64,000 nucleotides of DNA from positions 73,966,001 to 74,030,000 of the forward strand of contig OZ024747.1 in NCBI GenBank assembly GCA_964016885.1, read 5' to 3'. A program made the position numbers and the translations under genes. The DNA comes from Eledone cirrhosa (lineage: Eukaryota). The notes beneath the pieces were generated by a model that saw only the letters and a program-made list of their open reading frames with translations, was not told where the DNA came from and did no database searches. Shown one piece after another: positions 44,572 to 57,295 of this stretch; position 1 is the first letter of the stretch; every line of letters begins with the position of its first letter.

Positions 44572-45674
44572 GGGGTTTCGGCTGTGTATCTGTCTATGTG
44601 TTTTTAAAATCATTCCTATGTTTTCATCATTCACATTCGGGTTATTTATTCTTATTATTATTGTTATTGATGTTGTTGTTGTTGATAATATTGTTGATAT
44701 TGCTGTTGTCGTTGTGTTATTCTTGCTGATATTGTAGTTCTCGTCTTAATCTTTTGATCTAAATAACAAATTTATTTGAAGTCTTTTTTACAAAGAGACT
44801 GCAATGAAAAAAGGATTAAATAAAAACAAATCATCAAACAGTCAAAGTTAATTTTGTTGTTTTCATATTTCTGGGAGAATTAGTTTTGAATTAAAAAAAA
44901 AAAATTATTTTGATTGAAGTACGGCTTCAATCAATAAAAATCCAAACTACAGCAATTATTCCGAATTGATATAGGTTAAATGTACGACAAAACATTATTA
45001 AAGTAGAATTTCATTAATATTTGAAGAATTCATTTTTGTTCATATTTTCTCTTGACCTCCTCTCTCTCTCTCTTTCTTTTTTTTTTGTTTCATCAAGCCT
45101 GAACTAAAACACTTTCTGTAATTGTAACAGGGTGTAAGTCATTTTTAGTTTTTAACAAAATTGTCAGCACTAATTTAAAACAAGAAATCTATTGGTAAAT
45201 TTCTATTCTATCTATTTGCCCTTTGACGAACTTATAGAATATCAACTGAATTATTTCACTGCGTTCATACTTGTTCTTCCTTTTTCCCATTTGCTGGCAT
45301 TTCTACTCCTCCGTTCCCGTTTGCTCCCCTCCTTCACCAGTATCAACTAGAAGGTGCTCATGCGCCAGCTCCCCTTCTACTTAAAAACCATAGCACACCA
45401 CCGCATGCGCCATACCCACCTAACCCATCTATATTATCTTCTTTAACCTTCCAACATATTCTTAACCCTATCATTACTCCTCAAACATTCATCAATTAAA
45501 AATAAGGAATTTCGTTCAAGAATATTTCTTGTCCAACTAGAGGGGAATATTATTTTATTACGAAACGTTAAATATCTACTAAATAAGATAGATTTGTCAT
45601 AATATTATATAAAGCATTCTTATACAGTTTTTATCCGCTGGGAAAATTAACAAAAAACAAAAGAAGCATTATAT

Positions 45675-45950
45675 AGAGACACGTGGCAATGTGGTAAGGG
45701 TGTTGGACTTACCATCATCAAGTCGTGGGTTTGATTCCTCGACTGGGTTGTGTGATATCATCAGCAAAACACTTCATTTCACGTTGCTCCAGTATAGGCA
45801 GCTGAAAATGAGTACAAACAACAGCTTGGGGTTTAAACCTGCAATGAACTGGCGTCCTCTCCAAGGAGGGCATTTCACTCTCAGTCGCTTCACACCACAT
45901 AAACTGGATAAACACCTGACTTTTGAGCCTTTGGGTTCGAGACAACCTTT
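45675..45950 (+). mobile_element. tRNA-derived SINE, family B
   Basis: A-box TGGCAATGTGG, B-box GGTTTGATTCC, body ACACTTCATTTCACGTTGCTCCAGT. Confidence 0.8.
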
Positions 45951-46559
45951 AGTTTTTAAACTTAATCGAATATTTGAAACCAGAATATTTAATCAATTAG
46001 AAACTTGCTAGATCTACGATGCTCATAATAACAGCCATCCAAACATTAAGTCAACAATCAGAACAATATAAACGTTATAACTATTGAAGAAAATTAATAA
46101 TTTTTTGTAGGGGATGAAAATATTTCTGAAACATAAACACCATTTTGAATATAATATCTTTAACAAATCAATATAAGGATTAAGATAAATATGCTATTCG
46201 TTATTGGATTCATTGAAAAATACACAATAACGGTAGGTAACAGAGGAATGAATGAAATTCCGCTGCGAAATTTAACAATTTCTTGAAAGAAAAACATTAT
46301 GTAAAATAGAAAGAGAAAGAAAGAGTGTCTTGGATATTTAGCAGAAGAAGAGCAGCGGTTATTGGAAGTTTTGCGAAGACAACCTTGCAGGAAATGGGGG
46401 AGGAGAGGAATAAATGACATCATAAAATACAAGAAAGTATTTAAAAAGCAAAAGAAGATAATGCAAATTACTAAAACATAATAATCTTCAAGTTATTCCA
46501 GAAAATAGACGGGAAAATTAGATAGGAAGTGAAGAAGACACACAAGCTAACACATACAC

Positions 46560-46644
<85 letters not shown>

Positions 46645-46646
<2 letters not shown>

Positions 46647-46895
46647 GACTGTACACTTTCTTGTTGACAACTGTTTTTAGGCCTAATATCATGTTACCTT
46701 ATCTTATCTGATTAGAACACAATTTTTGTCCCAGGATGATGTTGTTTTCGAAATGCGCATAATAAAATATATGGAACTTTTTTAACCATCTTTTAATTTC
46801 TTCTTTAATATTTACTCCAGTTCTACCAACTGTTGAGTGCTACTTATCTGACATATGCATAGTTTTATTGTTCTACAATATTACTCACCTTCTAC
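46645..46895 (+). mobile_element. PLE-like 3' fragment with degenerate HHR (family of 53550-53980)
   Basis: TTAT-CTGATTA-GAACAC...GTTTTC-GAAA-TGCGCA-TA-ATAA. Flanked by (TA)n, and the downstream sequence is homologous to 53850-53980. Confidence 0.7.
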
Positions 46896-47216
46896 ATATA
46901 TATATATATATATATGTATATGTATATATATTTATATATTTGTGTGTGTATGTGTGTGTGTGTGTGTGCGTGTGTGTGTGTGTGTGTTGGAGGAACGCAT
47001 TCGTCATATACGGCACAATATACCTCCTGAGAACCTGATGAAGTCAGTCGAGGATATATCCAGACGATTACAAACACTGGTGGACTGCGCTGGTGCGTAT
47101 CTGCAATTTTAACACTGTACCTCTAATACTATATGCAAAGGAATATATGCTGGAGCATAGGTACGTGTGTTGGTGTGCATTTGTAACCAAAAACACCACA
47201 TATAGTCCCATATCTA

Positions 47217-47295
<79 letters not shown>

Positions 47296-47458
47296 AAATT
47301 TCGCTCTACATGGCTGAATACAATGAATGTAATCTCAGATTTTCGAATATTATTAATAACATTCGATTCGTTTGAAATTTAGAAAACAAGCCTCAATTTT
47401 ATAGCCATGTCAGGAGAAAGAACACCTCCTTCTTGCTCTTGTGTTGGCATGCGAACAG

Positions 47459-47506
47459 AACTGCAGACACTACTGTTTCTGGGTATCACCCTTTATCAGT
47501 ACAGCT
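47459..47506 (-). ncRNA. Hammerhead copy with core mutation (CTGATAA)
   Basis: AGCTGTA-CTGATAA-AGGGTGATACCCA-GAAA-CAGTAGTG-TC-TGCAGTT. G8 is changed to A. Confidence 0.7.
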
Positions 47507-48265
47507 CACTGTTCACCTGCCAAACTGTCAGAGCTGGTGAAAATATATGCTATTTTCAAAAATACACAGTGACTGATCGGCCTGATTTGCATATTAGCAG
47601 ACTGGCTGATCAGTCAGATCAGTCAGATCAGCATATTAGCAGATCCACTGATCAGCCAGATTTGCATATCAGCAGACTGGCCAGTCAGTTTCCTGTATAC
47701 GAGCGATAAGTGGTCGGCTTTGCCAAATTCAAATAAAAAAGAAAATTTCGCTCTACATGGCTGAATACAATAAATGTAATCTGAGTTGTTCGATTATTAA
47801 TAACATTCGATTCTTTGCAATTTTGCAAACGAGCCTCAATTTTATAGCCATGTCAGTAGAATGAACACTTCATTCTTGCTCTTATGTTGGCATGCGAACA
47901 GAACAGAACTCCTGACATGGCTATAAAATTGAGGCTTGTTTGCAAAATTGTAAACGAATCGAATGTTATTATTAATATTCGAAAACCTCAGATTACATTT
48001 ATTGTATTCAGCCATGTAGAACGAAATTTTCTTTTTTATTTGAATTTGGCAAAGCCGGCCACTTATCGCTCGTATACAGGAAACTGACTGGCCAGTCTGT
48101 TGATATGCAAATCTGGCTGATCAGTGGATCTGCTAATATGCTGATCTGACTGATCTGACTGATCAGCCAGTCTGCTAATATGCAAATCAGGCCGATCAGT
48201 CACTGTGTATTTTTGAAAATACCATATATTTTCACTAGCTCTGACAGTTTGGCAGGTGAACAGTG

Positions 48266-48313
48266 AGATGTACTGATGAAGGGTGATATCCTGAAACATT
48301 AGTGTCTGCAGTT
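48266..48313 (+). ncRNA. Canonical type I hammerhead ribozyme motif, predicted cleavage after GUC at 48306
   Basis: TGTA-CTGATGA-AGGGT(GAT)ATCCT-GAAA-CA(TTAG)TG-TC-TGCA. All core residues are present and stems I-III pair, with some G-U. Confidence 0.85.
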
Positions 48314-48723
48314 CTGTTCGCAGGCCAACATAAGAGCAAGAAGGAAGTGTTCATTCTACTGAGATGGCTATAAAATTGAGGCTTGTTTGCAAAATTGCAA
48401 ACGAATCAAATGTTATTATTAATATTCGAAAAACTCAGATTACATTTATATATATATATATATATTATATGTACATGCGGTTTCCCTTTGACACGAACAC
48501 GCATCAGAGAGTACGTCGAAAAAAACGATCCCACATATAAATGAGAATAACGCAGTTTACCGTCACGCAAGTGTAACAAAGTTAACACATCTCTAACATA
48601 GATGTGTATTTAGCACTTTGTGTTTTTACACTAAAATACAAACATATAAATAGTACATATACTTTTTCTTCACCTTAGGAATCTTAGAAAAACCAACTGA
48701 AGAAATTTCGTTTTTTTTCTATG

Positions 48724-48769
<46 letters not shown>

Positions 48770-50029
48770 TGAGTGTATGTATATATGTATGCATGCATGA
48801 ATGTATGTATGAATGAATGTATATACGTATATATATATTATATATTTATATATGTATATATATACATATATAATATATATATATGTGTGGGTGGGTGTAT
48901 GTGTGAGTGTGTGCATATAATATATATATGTGTGGGTGGGTGTATGTATGTGTGTGCATGTAACGAAATAGTCTAAAAGAAATATCTAAATTGCAGTGAA
49001 ACAGGAGAGAAGCAAAAATTATTTCTGTATTCTGAAGCAGAAAACCAGATAAACATACACCACACACTAAAAACGAGCACGTAAACGAAACAGTACCCCC
49101 CCCCCCCCCCCCGAAATATCCTACCATATGTGAGATTGTGAAATAGAGTGGAGGAGAGAGGGAACCAGAGTGAGTGTGAAGAAATTGGAAGATAAAAACT
49201 TGGTGTGTATCATATTTATACATACATGTGTGTAGGAGAAATTGTATAGTGCGGGATAGGAAGAAGTGAAACTGGAAGAGAGTAATGAGAGAGATCTGAA
49301 TGATTGAATCAGAAACATGGATAGAGACGATGATTGCGGGGGTGAAAAGGATAAATGTTAAATGGTGAGAGAGTGCGTGAGAGAGAGAAAGATAGAGGGG
49401 GAGAGAGAAAGGTAGAGGGTAGAGTGAGAGAGAGAAAGGTGGAGGTGAAGAGAAAGAGAGGGGAAAACAAAGATATATAGTAAAAATCGTCCGAAAGAAT
49501 CAATATACTCGAAAAAAAAGTTGAAATGTGGTGAAACACAACATTCCGATGAAAATAAAATCTTTAAACGTATAAAGAAAAATAACAATACCAAAAATTA
49601 TCAAAAAGAGGGGAAATAACTCAGTAAATATATAACTATAAATAATGAAATAGGAAAATAACGTATAAATAAATAGTGCGAAGTGAAGACAAACTGAGCA
49701 GGAAAATGTATGAAACAATGAAGGAGGTATAAGTGTGAATAAAATAAATAATCTGATCAACTGCTCATCATAGGGCTGAAGAAGTAAAACATAATAATTG
49801 TAATAATAAAATTGTAATAATAATAAAATTACCAGCAGAAACAATAATATATAGTATAGAATCCTCTAAATATTACTATAACATCTTATGGGTGTGAGTA
49901 TCTGAAAGTGATCATCAAGATTCTCCCAGTCTCACCTTAATAAAAGGTATGATCACATGATATTTGCGATAGTTTTGTTTGAGAGGTGGTGATTTTGGAT
50001 TGTATGTACTTCATCATCTTCCTCCTTGC

Positions 50030-50276
50030 CACCCATTAAGGATGACAGTCAAAGCACTTCTACGGGATTTGAACTTAGAACGGAACTATATGCCGCTAAA
50101 CATGTTGTCCGACACTTATAATAATCCATCCACCGTCCTAACACAATTAATCATAATAATAATTGTTTCTACTTTTGTCACAAGGTCTGCAATTATCCCA
50201 GTGCATTACTGGAGCTTTATTTTATCGACCCCATAAGGATGAAAGGCAAAGTTACCCTCGGCGGGATTTGAACTGA
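50030..50276 (-). mobile_element. SINE family A fragments
   Basis: AATAATTGTTTCTACTTTTG...CTCGGCGGGATTTGAACT at 50158-50275, plus a diverged piece upstream. Confidence 0.75.
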
Positions 50277-51412
50277 AACGGTGAGGCACATTGTCATAAT
50301 GTTTTGCATCGTACGTGTCCGGAAACGATGTTTTCACCTCAGAAGATTTAGAATCAAGTTTTCAATGGCATACATATGTATCTATCTTTGATAAATAATA
50401 TAGCGAGTGAGAGTTGATGATGTAATATATATAGATCACATGTCCATTTTAGCGAAGGTAACTTCGTTAATTTCACCACGTGATCTGATTCGCACTTGCA
50501 ATCAGACAATGTGAACATCTTTCAACGTATGTATAGTTATAAAATATACATAACTTGAATATCAGATTTCTATATTAAACACAGCTTTGCTGACACCTAA
50601 GATACATTGATTTTTTTTCTGGTCCGGATAATTCCGCTTCAAAATCAATAGAAGACGTGTAGGCTATATTGTTTCCATGAGGCAATTGATCGTGAAAGAT
50701 TTGCAGGCTTTATCTTATTCTCTCGATTACATAATCTACAGTTTCCATTTCTCGATTTAACACGCTAAAACCATTTAGAATTGGAATTTTCCTTGGAGTT
50801 ACTTCTCTTCATATGTTTTTATTACCAATGCTGAGTATATTTATAGAGAGAAAGTTATTAGATTTGTGAGGCGTATTGCCATAATAACGACAGATAGCTC
50901 TTGATCTTATTGTCATGCGATTCACGAGAGAATTCAACAACATCGCTTCTATTTCCAATAACTCCATCTTCTATTCATAGAGCAAAAAATTTATATCTGC
51001 ATGTGTATAAATGTTTGTATGTGTGTATGAATGTATGTATGTATGCATGCATGTATGTATTTATATATGTGTGGATATATATATGTGTGGATATATATGA
51101 AGTATGTAAGTCCGTCTGTCTTTATAGATATATGCGTGTGTTTTTGTGTATGTATGTGTGTATGCGTATTCGTATGTAATGAGATGTGTTCAAATATATA
51201 TATGTATGTGTGTGTGTGTGTGCAGAAGGTTCAGTAAGTCCAAAGTAAACTGGTGAGAGAATCAAGGTCAACACTCCAGGCAGAGCAGAGTGTATATAAT
51301 AAGAACAAAGTGGAGATGAAACATAGGAGATTTATTGCTCAATCCTGGTTTCAAATGTTTCTCAAGCAGCTGGCTCGTGATCTGGGTTGGCATTCCAGAC
51401 TCCAATGCCAAC

Positions 51413-51472
<60 letters not shown>

Positions 51473-52085
51473 TGAAGCTGTACCCCGGGTGAACTAGCAG
51501 CACCATTGTTAGAGGTCGAAACTACCAAGGACCATCTCGACGACCAATGAACCTGCAGTTCCGTATCCTTCGTTTGTATTTTTGTTTTCAAAAAATGATT
51601 TTTTTTAAGTTTCCCCCTAAAAAATGTTTTTCGTTTTGCCATGTTCCCGTCTGTTGTCTTGTCCCCCCTCTGTTAATTTTCTACAGTTTATCAATATTAA
51701 TAAGACGAACGTGTTATCTCTTCTCATACCATTTACATATCTTAACACGTCTTAATTTCTTCTTCATGTTTTTTTCTTCATTTCTGATTTCTTCTCTTTT
51801 TTCCTTTCTTTCATGAGCCTTCTCTTTGTTGTCCTCATTCTCAGTCATTTCTATATTTCATCTGCCTGTCACCCACCTTATGGATTGTCTCTCTGTGTTG
51901 ACCACTGGCCGTTGGTTTTAGTGGACCTGTCTTTGACAGCATGTTGCTGTTTTAACGGCTGTTCTAACGATGAGTTTTCTCATTTTTATATGTATTCAAA
52001 TATACTCTCGCTTCTATTACCGACGGAATGACTAGTTATATCCAGTGGTGAACCACTAAACATAAAAGATATACACACTCACACA

Positions 52086-52192
<107 letters not shown>

Positions 52193-52545
52193 TATTCATT
52201 GTTTCAGCTTCAATAATTTCAGCAGAGACTAGAGATTAGATGCATTATCTGCCGCTCTTCGATATTGAAAAAAACCCCCAAAAATATGAATTCTTAAGCT
52301 GCATAGCATTCTAAACTTTTCTTCATATTAAATTTGACAGCTTGTCAAATTAGCAGTTTTCAAAGACACGCGTAAATTTACAAAGTCTTTTTTTCCTTTT
52401 GCTTTTCTCTACTTTTTCGCTTTCATTCTACCCCCAAGTAAATAAACAGTGAAATATCACAGGCCCGTACACACAAACACAGGTACACAGACACATATAT
52501 ACATACATATTTTTATATATATATATGTAAATACACACACAAACA

Positions 52546-52637
<92 letters not shown>

Positions 52638-52640
<3 letters not shown>

Positions 52641-53135
52641 TGACGAAACATAAGTCAATTGCATGAACTTACAATCCTTTATTTACTGCTATATATATTT
52701 CGATGATAGCCATTGAATGGCTATGACCTCATCAGGCAGTTAGTCAGTTCTTAGATATGCCAGCTCTGTGTTTATAGTGTTGATGGTATCAGGGCCTTGG
52801 GTCATATGAGCTTGTTAGGAATAATTTAATGTTGTCAGCAGGAATAATCTTAATTCTCATTGGACAGTTTGTAGACGCTAGTAAGGTTGGTATTTGACCT
52901 CAAAGAGGCAGGTGGTGTTGTAAAGTTCAAACCATCAGGCAAGATGACAATAGTTCCATATGACTGATTTTCACAAAAAGCATTCCTGGTCAGATATATA
53001 TTCAATTGGGGTTTATAGTATGAAATTCGATACTACAGGTCAATCTTAAATTGAGGAAAGTATGTAGGGTGGTACTAATGAAAATTATGGTTAGAATAGA
53101 ATACTAGAAAATTTACATATAAAAAGACTAATGTC
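52638..53135 (-). mobile_element. PLE 3' fragment (decayed endonuclease C-terminus plus 3' UTR with HHR)
   Basis: The minus strand encodes ...SYGTIVILPDGLN (PxGLN-type ending of PLE GIY-YIG domains), followed by an HHR and AATAAA. Confidence 0.6.
52685..52740 (-). ncRNA. Type I hammerhead motif with palindromic stem III
   Basis: ACTGC-CTGATGA-GGTCATAGCC(ATTCAAT)GGCTATCATC-GAAA-TATATA-TA-GCAGT. Stem I ACTGC/GCAGT is perfect. Confidence 0.8.
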
Positions 53136-53319
53136 TTATATATATATATCGTAGGCCCTCTTCGATCACGAATGACCTTGGTTTTGCACCTAGAAAGGTC
53201 CCCTACGAGGCACAACCTGGGCAAGGTATCCTTATGAAGGCCAGAAGTCACTCATGAATGCCAGTCTCCCCACTCTATGGAACAGATTTTTAAACACCTC
53301 TGCACCAGTAACGTCGCCG

Positions 53320-53430
53320 CACATTCAGTCAACTGGAGCAACGTAAAATGAGTTCTCTGACCAAGAACACAACGCACCGCGGCGTCGTGGATTCGAACCC
53401 AGACCCTTACGATTATGTACTCAACGCTCA
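53320..53430 (-). mobile_element. SINE family B 5' part
   Basis: CTGGAGCAACGTAAAATGAG...CAAGAACACAACGCACC...GGATTCGAACCC (B-box on the minus strand). Confidence 0.7.
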
Positions 53431-53439
53431 TAATAATAT

Positions 53440-53547
<108 letters not shown>

Positions 53548-53549
53548 TA

Positions 53550-53980
53550 ATATATAAGAACAAAAGATGGTTAAAGGAGTTCCATGTATTTTATTATGCG
53601 CATTTCAAAAACAAATATCATCATGCAATAATATTTGTGTTTTCATCAGGTAAAACAGGAGGACATGATATGAAGGCTAAAAAACACTTGTGGATAGTTC
53701 AGTTTTAAATCAACATATCAAGATATGTTGATTTAAAACTGAACTATCCACAAGTGTTTTTTAGCCTTCATATCATGTACTCCTGTTTTACCTGATGAAA
53801 ACACAAATATTATTGCATGATGATATTTGTTTTTGAAATGCGCATAATAAAATACATGGAACTCCTTTAACCATCTTTTGTTCTTATATATTATGTATAC
53901 TCCAGTCCTACAAACTGTAGAGTGCTTCTTATCCGATATCTGCATTGCTTTATTGTACTACAATAAAACTCACCTCTTAC
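53550..53980. mobile_element. PLE-like end as a near-perfect palindrome (~170-bp arms, 2-nt loop) with an HHR in each arm
   Basis: The apex is CAACATATC-AA-GATATGTTG at 53720-53721. The same peptide appears in the + and - ORFs. Flanked by (TA)n. Confidence 0.9.
53786..53852 (+). ncRNA. Type I hammerhead motif (mirror copy at ~53589-53655 on the minus strand)
   Basis: TTTTAC-CTGATGA-AAACACAAATATTATT(GCAT)GATGATATTTGTTTTT-GAAA-TGCGCA-TA-ATAAAA. Confidence 0.75.
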
Positions 53981-54662
53981 ATATACATATATATATATAT
54001 ATATCCCATGATAAGTGCTTTGTGATAGATTTGTTTCGATCTAATTTATTTACCTCAATCACATACAGTGCACTCAATTCCATGTGCTATGTAAGTAGAA
54101 TTGATACAACATAGTAACTGCTGAGTATAGAGGAGATAAAACTGCATGTTTTCAATTGACGTTGGGTACAGGCTTTCACACACAAAATGGTTTAATGAAG
54201 AGTTAAAATTTACAGTATCAGAATATGTACGTAATAGAACTTTCAGCATAGAACTTTCAACAGCGCCATTCTCAAATATACAACAAAGTATGACAAAATA
54301 CGTGATATTAATTAATTTGAATTGTGGAAAACATATTACATTCATCCATAAGATACTACGGAATTTAGAATGAGAATAAATATCAGTTCCTTTGTTCAGT
54401 TGAATAATTTAATCTCGGTGAGAACGTCGAATAGAGTACTTTGAGGCATTCGTCCCCACTTTCTGCGCTCTGGGTTCAAATGGAGTTCAAATTTTGTCTT
54501 TCGTGTATAAAGGTCGAGAAAATAAGTTACAGTTCTGTACTGAGGTCGATTTCAACTCTCTATATATCATTCTAAATTTCACTATATATCTTTCTAACTT
54601 CCTCTCTATCTCATTCTAATTCCTCTACAATTCATTCTAACTTCCTCTATATCTTTAACTTA

Positions 54663-54730
<68 letters not shown>

Positions 54731-55550
54731 CTCACGTCTATCTCTCATTTCTCTCACTCTCTCTATCTTTCCGTAAGGAACGGGCTATCTTCACGCGTAA
54801 AGAGTAATGGCCTCGATTGGGAGTTTACGGTTTCAAACATAGATACAAAATGAAAGAAATCAAATGAAAATATATAATTTAATGTCACCTAACATATGAC
54901 ATGGTTAAAAACAGAACATGAAGCCGTGTTACAGATTTACTTTTACACTACAGTACTTACTACTTACTAGTTCAGGGTAACAAAAATACCGCTAAAAACA
55001 CTCTGCCAACAAAAATTGAAACGATGCATTGCTTTGTGTTGAAGTATAGGAAGGAAAGACACGAATGACATAATTTTCATATAGTCTGAATTCTGTATTG
55101 ATAAAGAACACAATGAGTTAAAAGAACAATGGAAAATACCAAATTTGAATAAAAAGCAGTAAGCTGTGATATGTGAGAAATCATATAAACTGATTTTTAG
55201 AGTATTGGAATACATTCCATTGCTGATTACATTAAGTGCTACGCCAGAAGTTATAGAATCATATTCAACATATTTCCTCTGACAGAGAATATATTTCGAA
55301 TCATTTACCACAGATTATCATCCAATACAGAATGGTAAAAAAAAAAGTATCTCTAGCTTAGCAGACATCGATTGAAAATTGGCTCAGCCAATAGGTATCC
55401 TTGCCTATTGTATCTGGCTATATTTTATACAGGAGCGATCGAAATTTGTATCGAATATTTATTTAAATATAGAATCATTTATTTCTTCGACTGAGGAAAT
55501 AAATCTATCTATCTATTTAACTCTTTCTCTCACTCCCCTAACTTTTTCCA

Positions 55551-55588
<38 letters not shown>

Positions 55589-55630
55589 TTTAGGAATAAC
55601 CAAAGAGTGCTTAGAAATACATTGTTTTAT

Positions 55631-55680
55631 TAGCTAACGGTGTTTCATCCGTACCCTAAGTCAGGAATCATCAGAGCCTA
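55631..55680 (-). ncRNA. Minimal type I hammerhead motif
   Basis: GGCT-CTGATGA-TTCC...GGAT-GAAA-CACCG-TT-AGCT, followed by AATAAA. It sits in a ~150-bp island between (TA)n tracts. Confidence 0.65.
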
Positions 55681-55745
55681 TAAACAAGTATATATCAATA
55701 GTTGCATGCTCCATCAACGAAACTATAAATATAAATATATATATG

Positions 55746-55838
<93 letters not shown>

Positions 55839-57049
55839 ATCCTACCTGTATACACACACGCGCACATTTATATATATATATATACATAATTCCACACATC
55901 TACTTTTTTTTTCAGTGTATTATACGTACGCACCTATAAGATTTTGAAGTAAAATCAACCCATTACAACTCATACCTTTGTGCTGGTTACCATTGACCTC
56001 AGTAAATATTATCGAATCTCAAATCTTATATGATTCGTAGCTCCTCTTTCTATATGAAATCCAAGTCGAGAAAATAAAGACTCTATGCAAATAATCCTCC
56101 GTCATTTAGCATCTAGATTTGATTCATTCAATAAACAATATAAAACGTCACTTTTTTAACCTGTTCAACTAATGTTCTTATGTTTAAATTTATTTTTAAT
56201 GAAATCACTTAGAGTAATTTTCTTCCTTTCCACAAGTATGCTAGCAAGAAATAAGAGAATTACTTCACATAAAGAATCCATTAGTGCGTTTAACATGCTC
56301 ACATGCTATAATCTCGATCAATAAATATCAAAATGCATCGTTGACTATAGTGCAGATACATCGATCAGTGTTCTTAAATAAATTGTTCTTTTTTTGGTTT
56401 TATATTTTTTAATTCTTCTAGTAAGACATATGTCGTCTACATTGGTTGGACTGCTTATTGTTAGCTATCAAATGACTCTATTGATATGTTTCTATTTTCT
56501 AATGTTTAAATTATGCTTAATGCATTTGTTGAGCACATTCTTTAGTCAGTTACTGTTCGGTATTTAGTTGTCATCGTTTACAGAAACTTAAAAGAAAAAG
56601 AAAAAAAATTAAAGAACACTTTCAATGGTTTTCTGGTTGCTATTATATTTTCCTTGGAATGTTGAATTTAAATGCTTATTTGATGAAGTGTATCAACGGT
56701 AACGTACGTTTGCGTTGCATTTATAAGGTCTACCTTTCAACTATAACTACATACAGTCTTCTAGTTCAATATCACTATTTCTTTTCCTGTTTCTTATATA
56801 CACTCGTACTGACTTCAGAGGAAGCGTGAACGTTGCAACCCACCTCTCTCTCTGTAGATATATTTATATATATAATGTCTTTCATTAAACTATATATATA
56901 TATATATATATAGTTTAACGAATGACATTTTTTATAAACTGTTTAATAATAACACAATAATCTCCTGTTTTAGTTCCACATCAGGATTATCTGTATTTAG
57001 TTAAGATGTTCAAGTCTGTCTCTATCAGAGACACTCATCAGACCGTGGT

Positions 57050-57295
57050 TATCTCGTTTTCCGTGATTTGAAACGACTGAGAGTACAAGTCTTTCTCCTG
57101 CAGAGAATGCTAGTCAACCACAGGGTTAAACCCACAGCTATAGCTGGTACTCATTTTCAGCTGAGTATTTTGGAGCAGCATGAAATGAAGTGTTTTTTTC
57201 TCAAGAACACAACACACAACCCAATCCTGGAATCGAACCCACGACATTATGATCGTAAGTCAAACACCCTTAACATTAAGCCACATGCCTCCACT
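57050..57295 (-). mobile_element. tRNA-derived SINE, family B
   Basis: The minus-strand head is GGAGGCATGTGGCTTAATGTTAAGGG...GGGTTCGATTCC, followed by the family body. Confidence 0.8.

Larger units (their letters stand above)
47291..48449. mobile_element. Non-coding HHR-bearing element: ~447-bp unit in partial tandem, arranged head-to-head
   Basis: AAAGAAAATTTCGCTCTACATGG recurs at 47291 and 47738. 47911-48449 is an inverted copy, and both outer ends abut (TA)n. Confidence 0.88.

Noticed and set aside
47407-48299. ORFs 47407..47709(+) and 48063..48299(-) with repeated DQPDLHISRLA
   Set aside because: They are antisense to the ribozyme strand and arise from the internal DNA repeat and inversion. 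No protein motif is recognisable.
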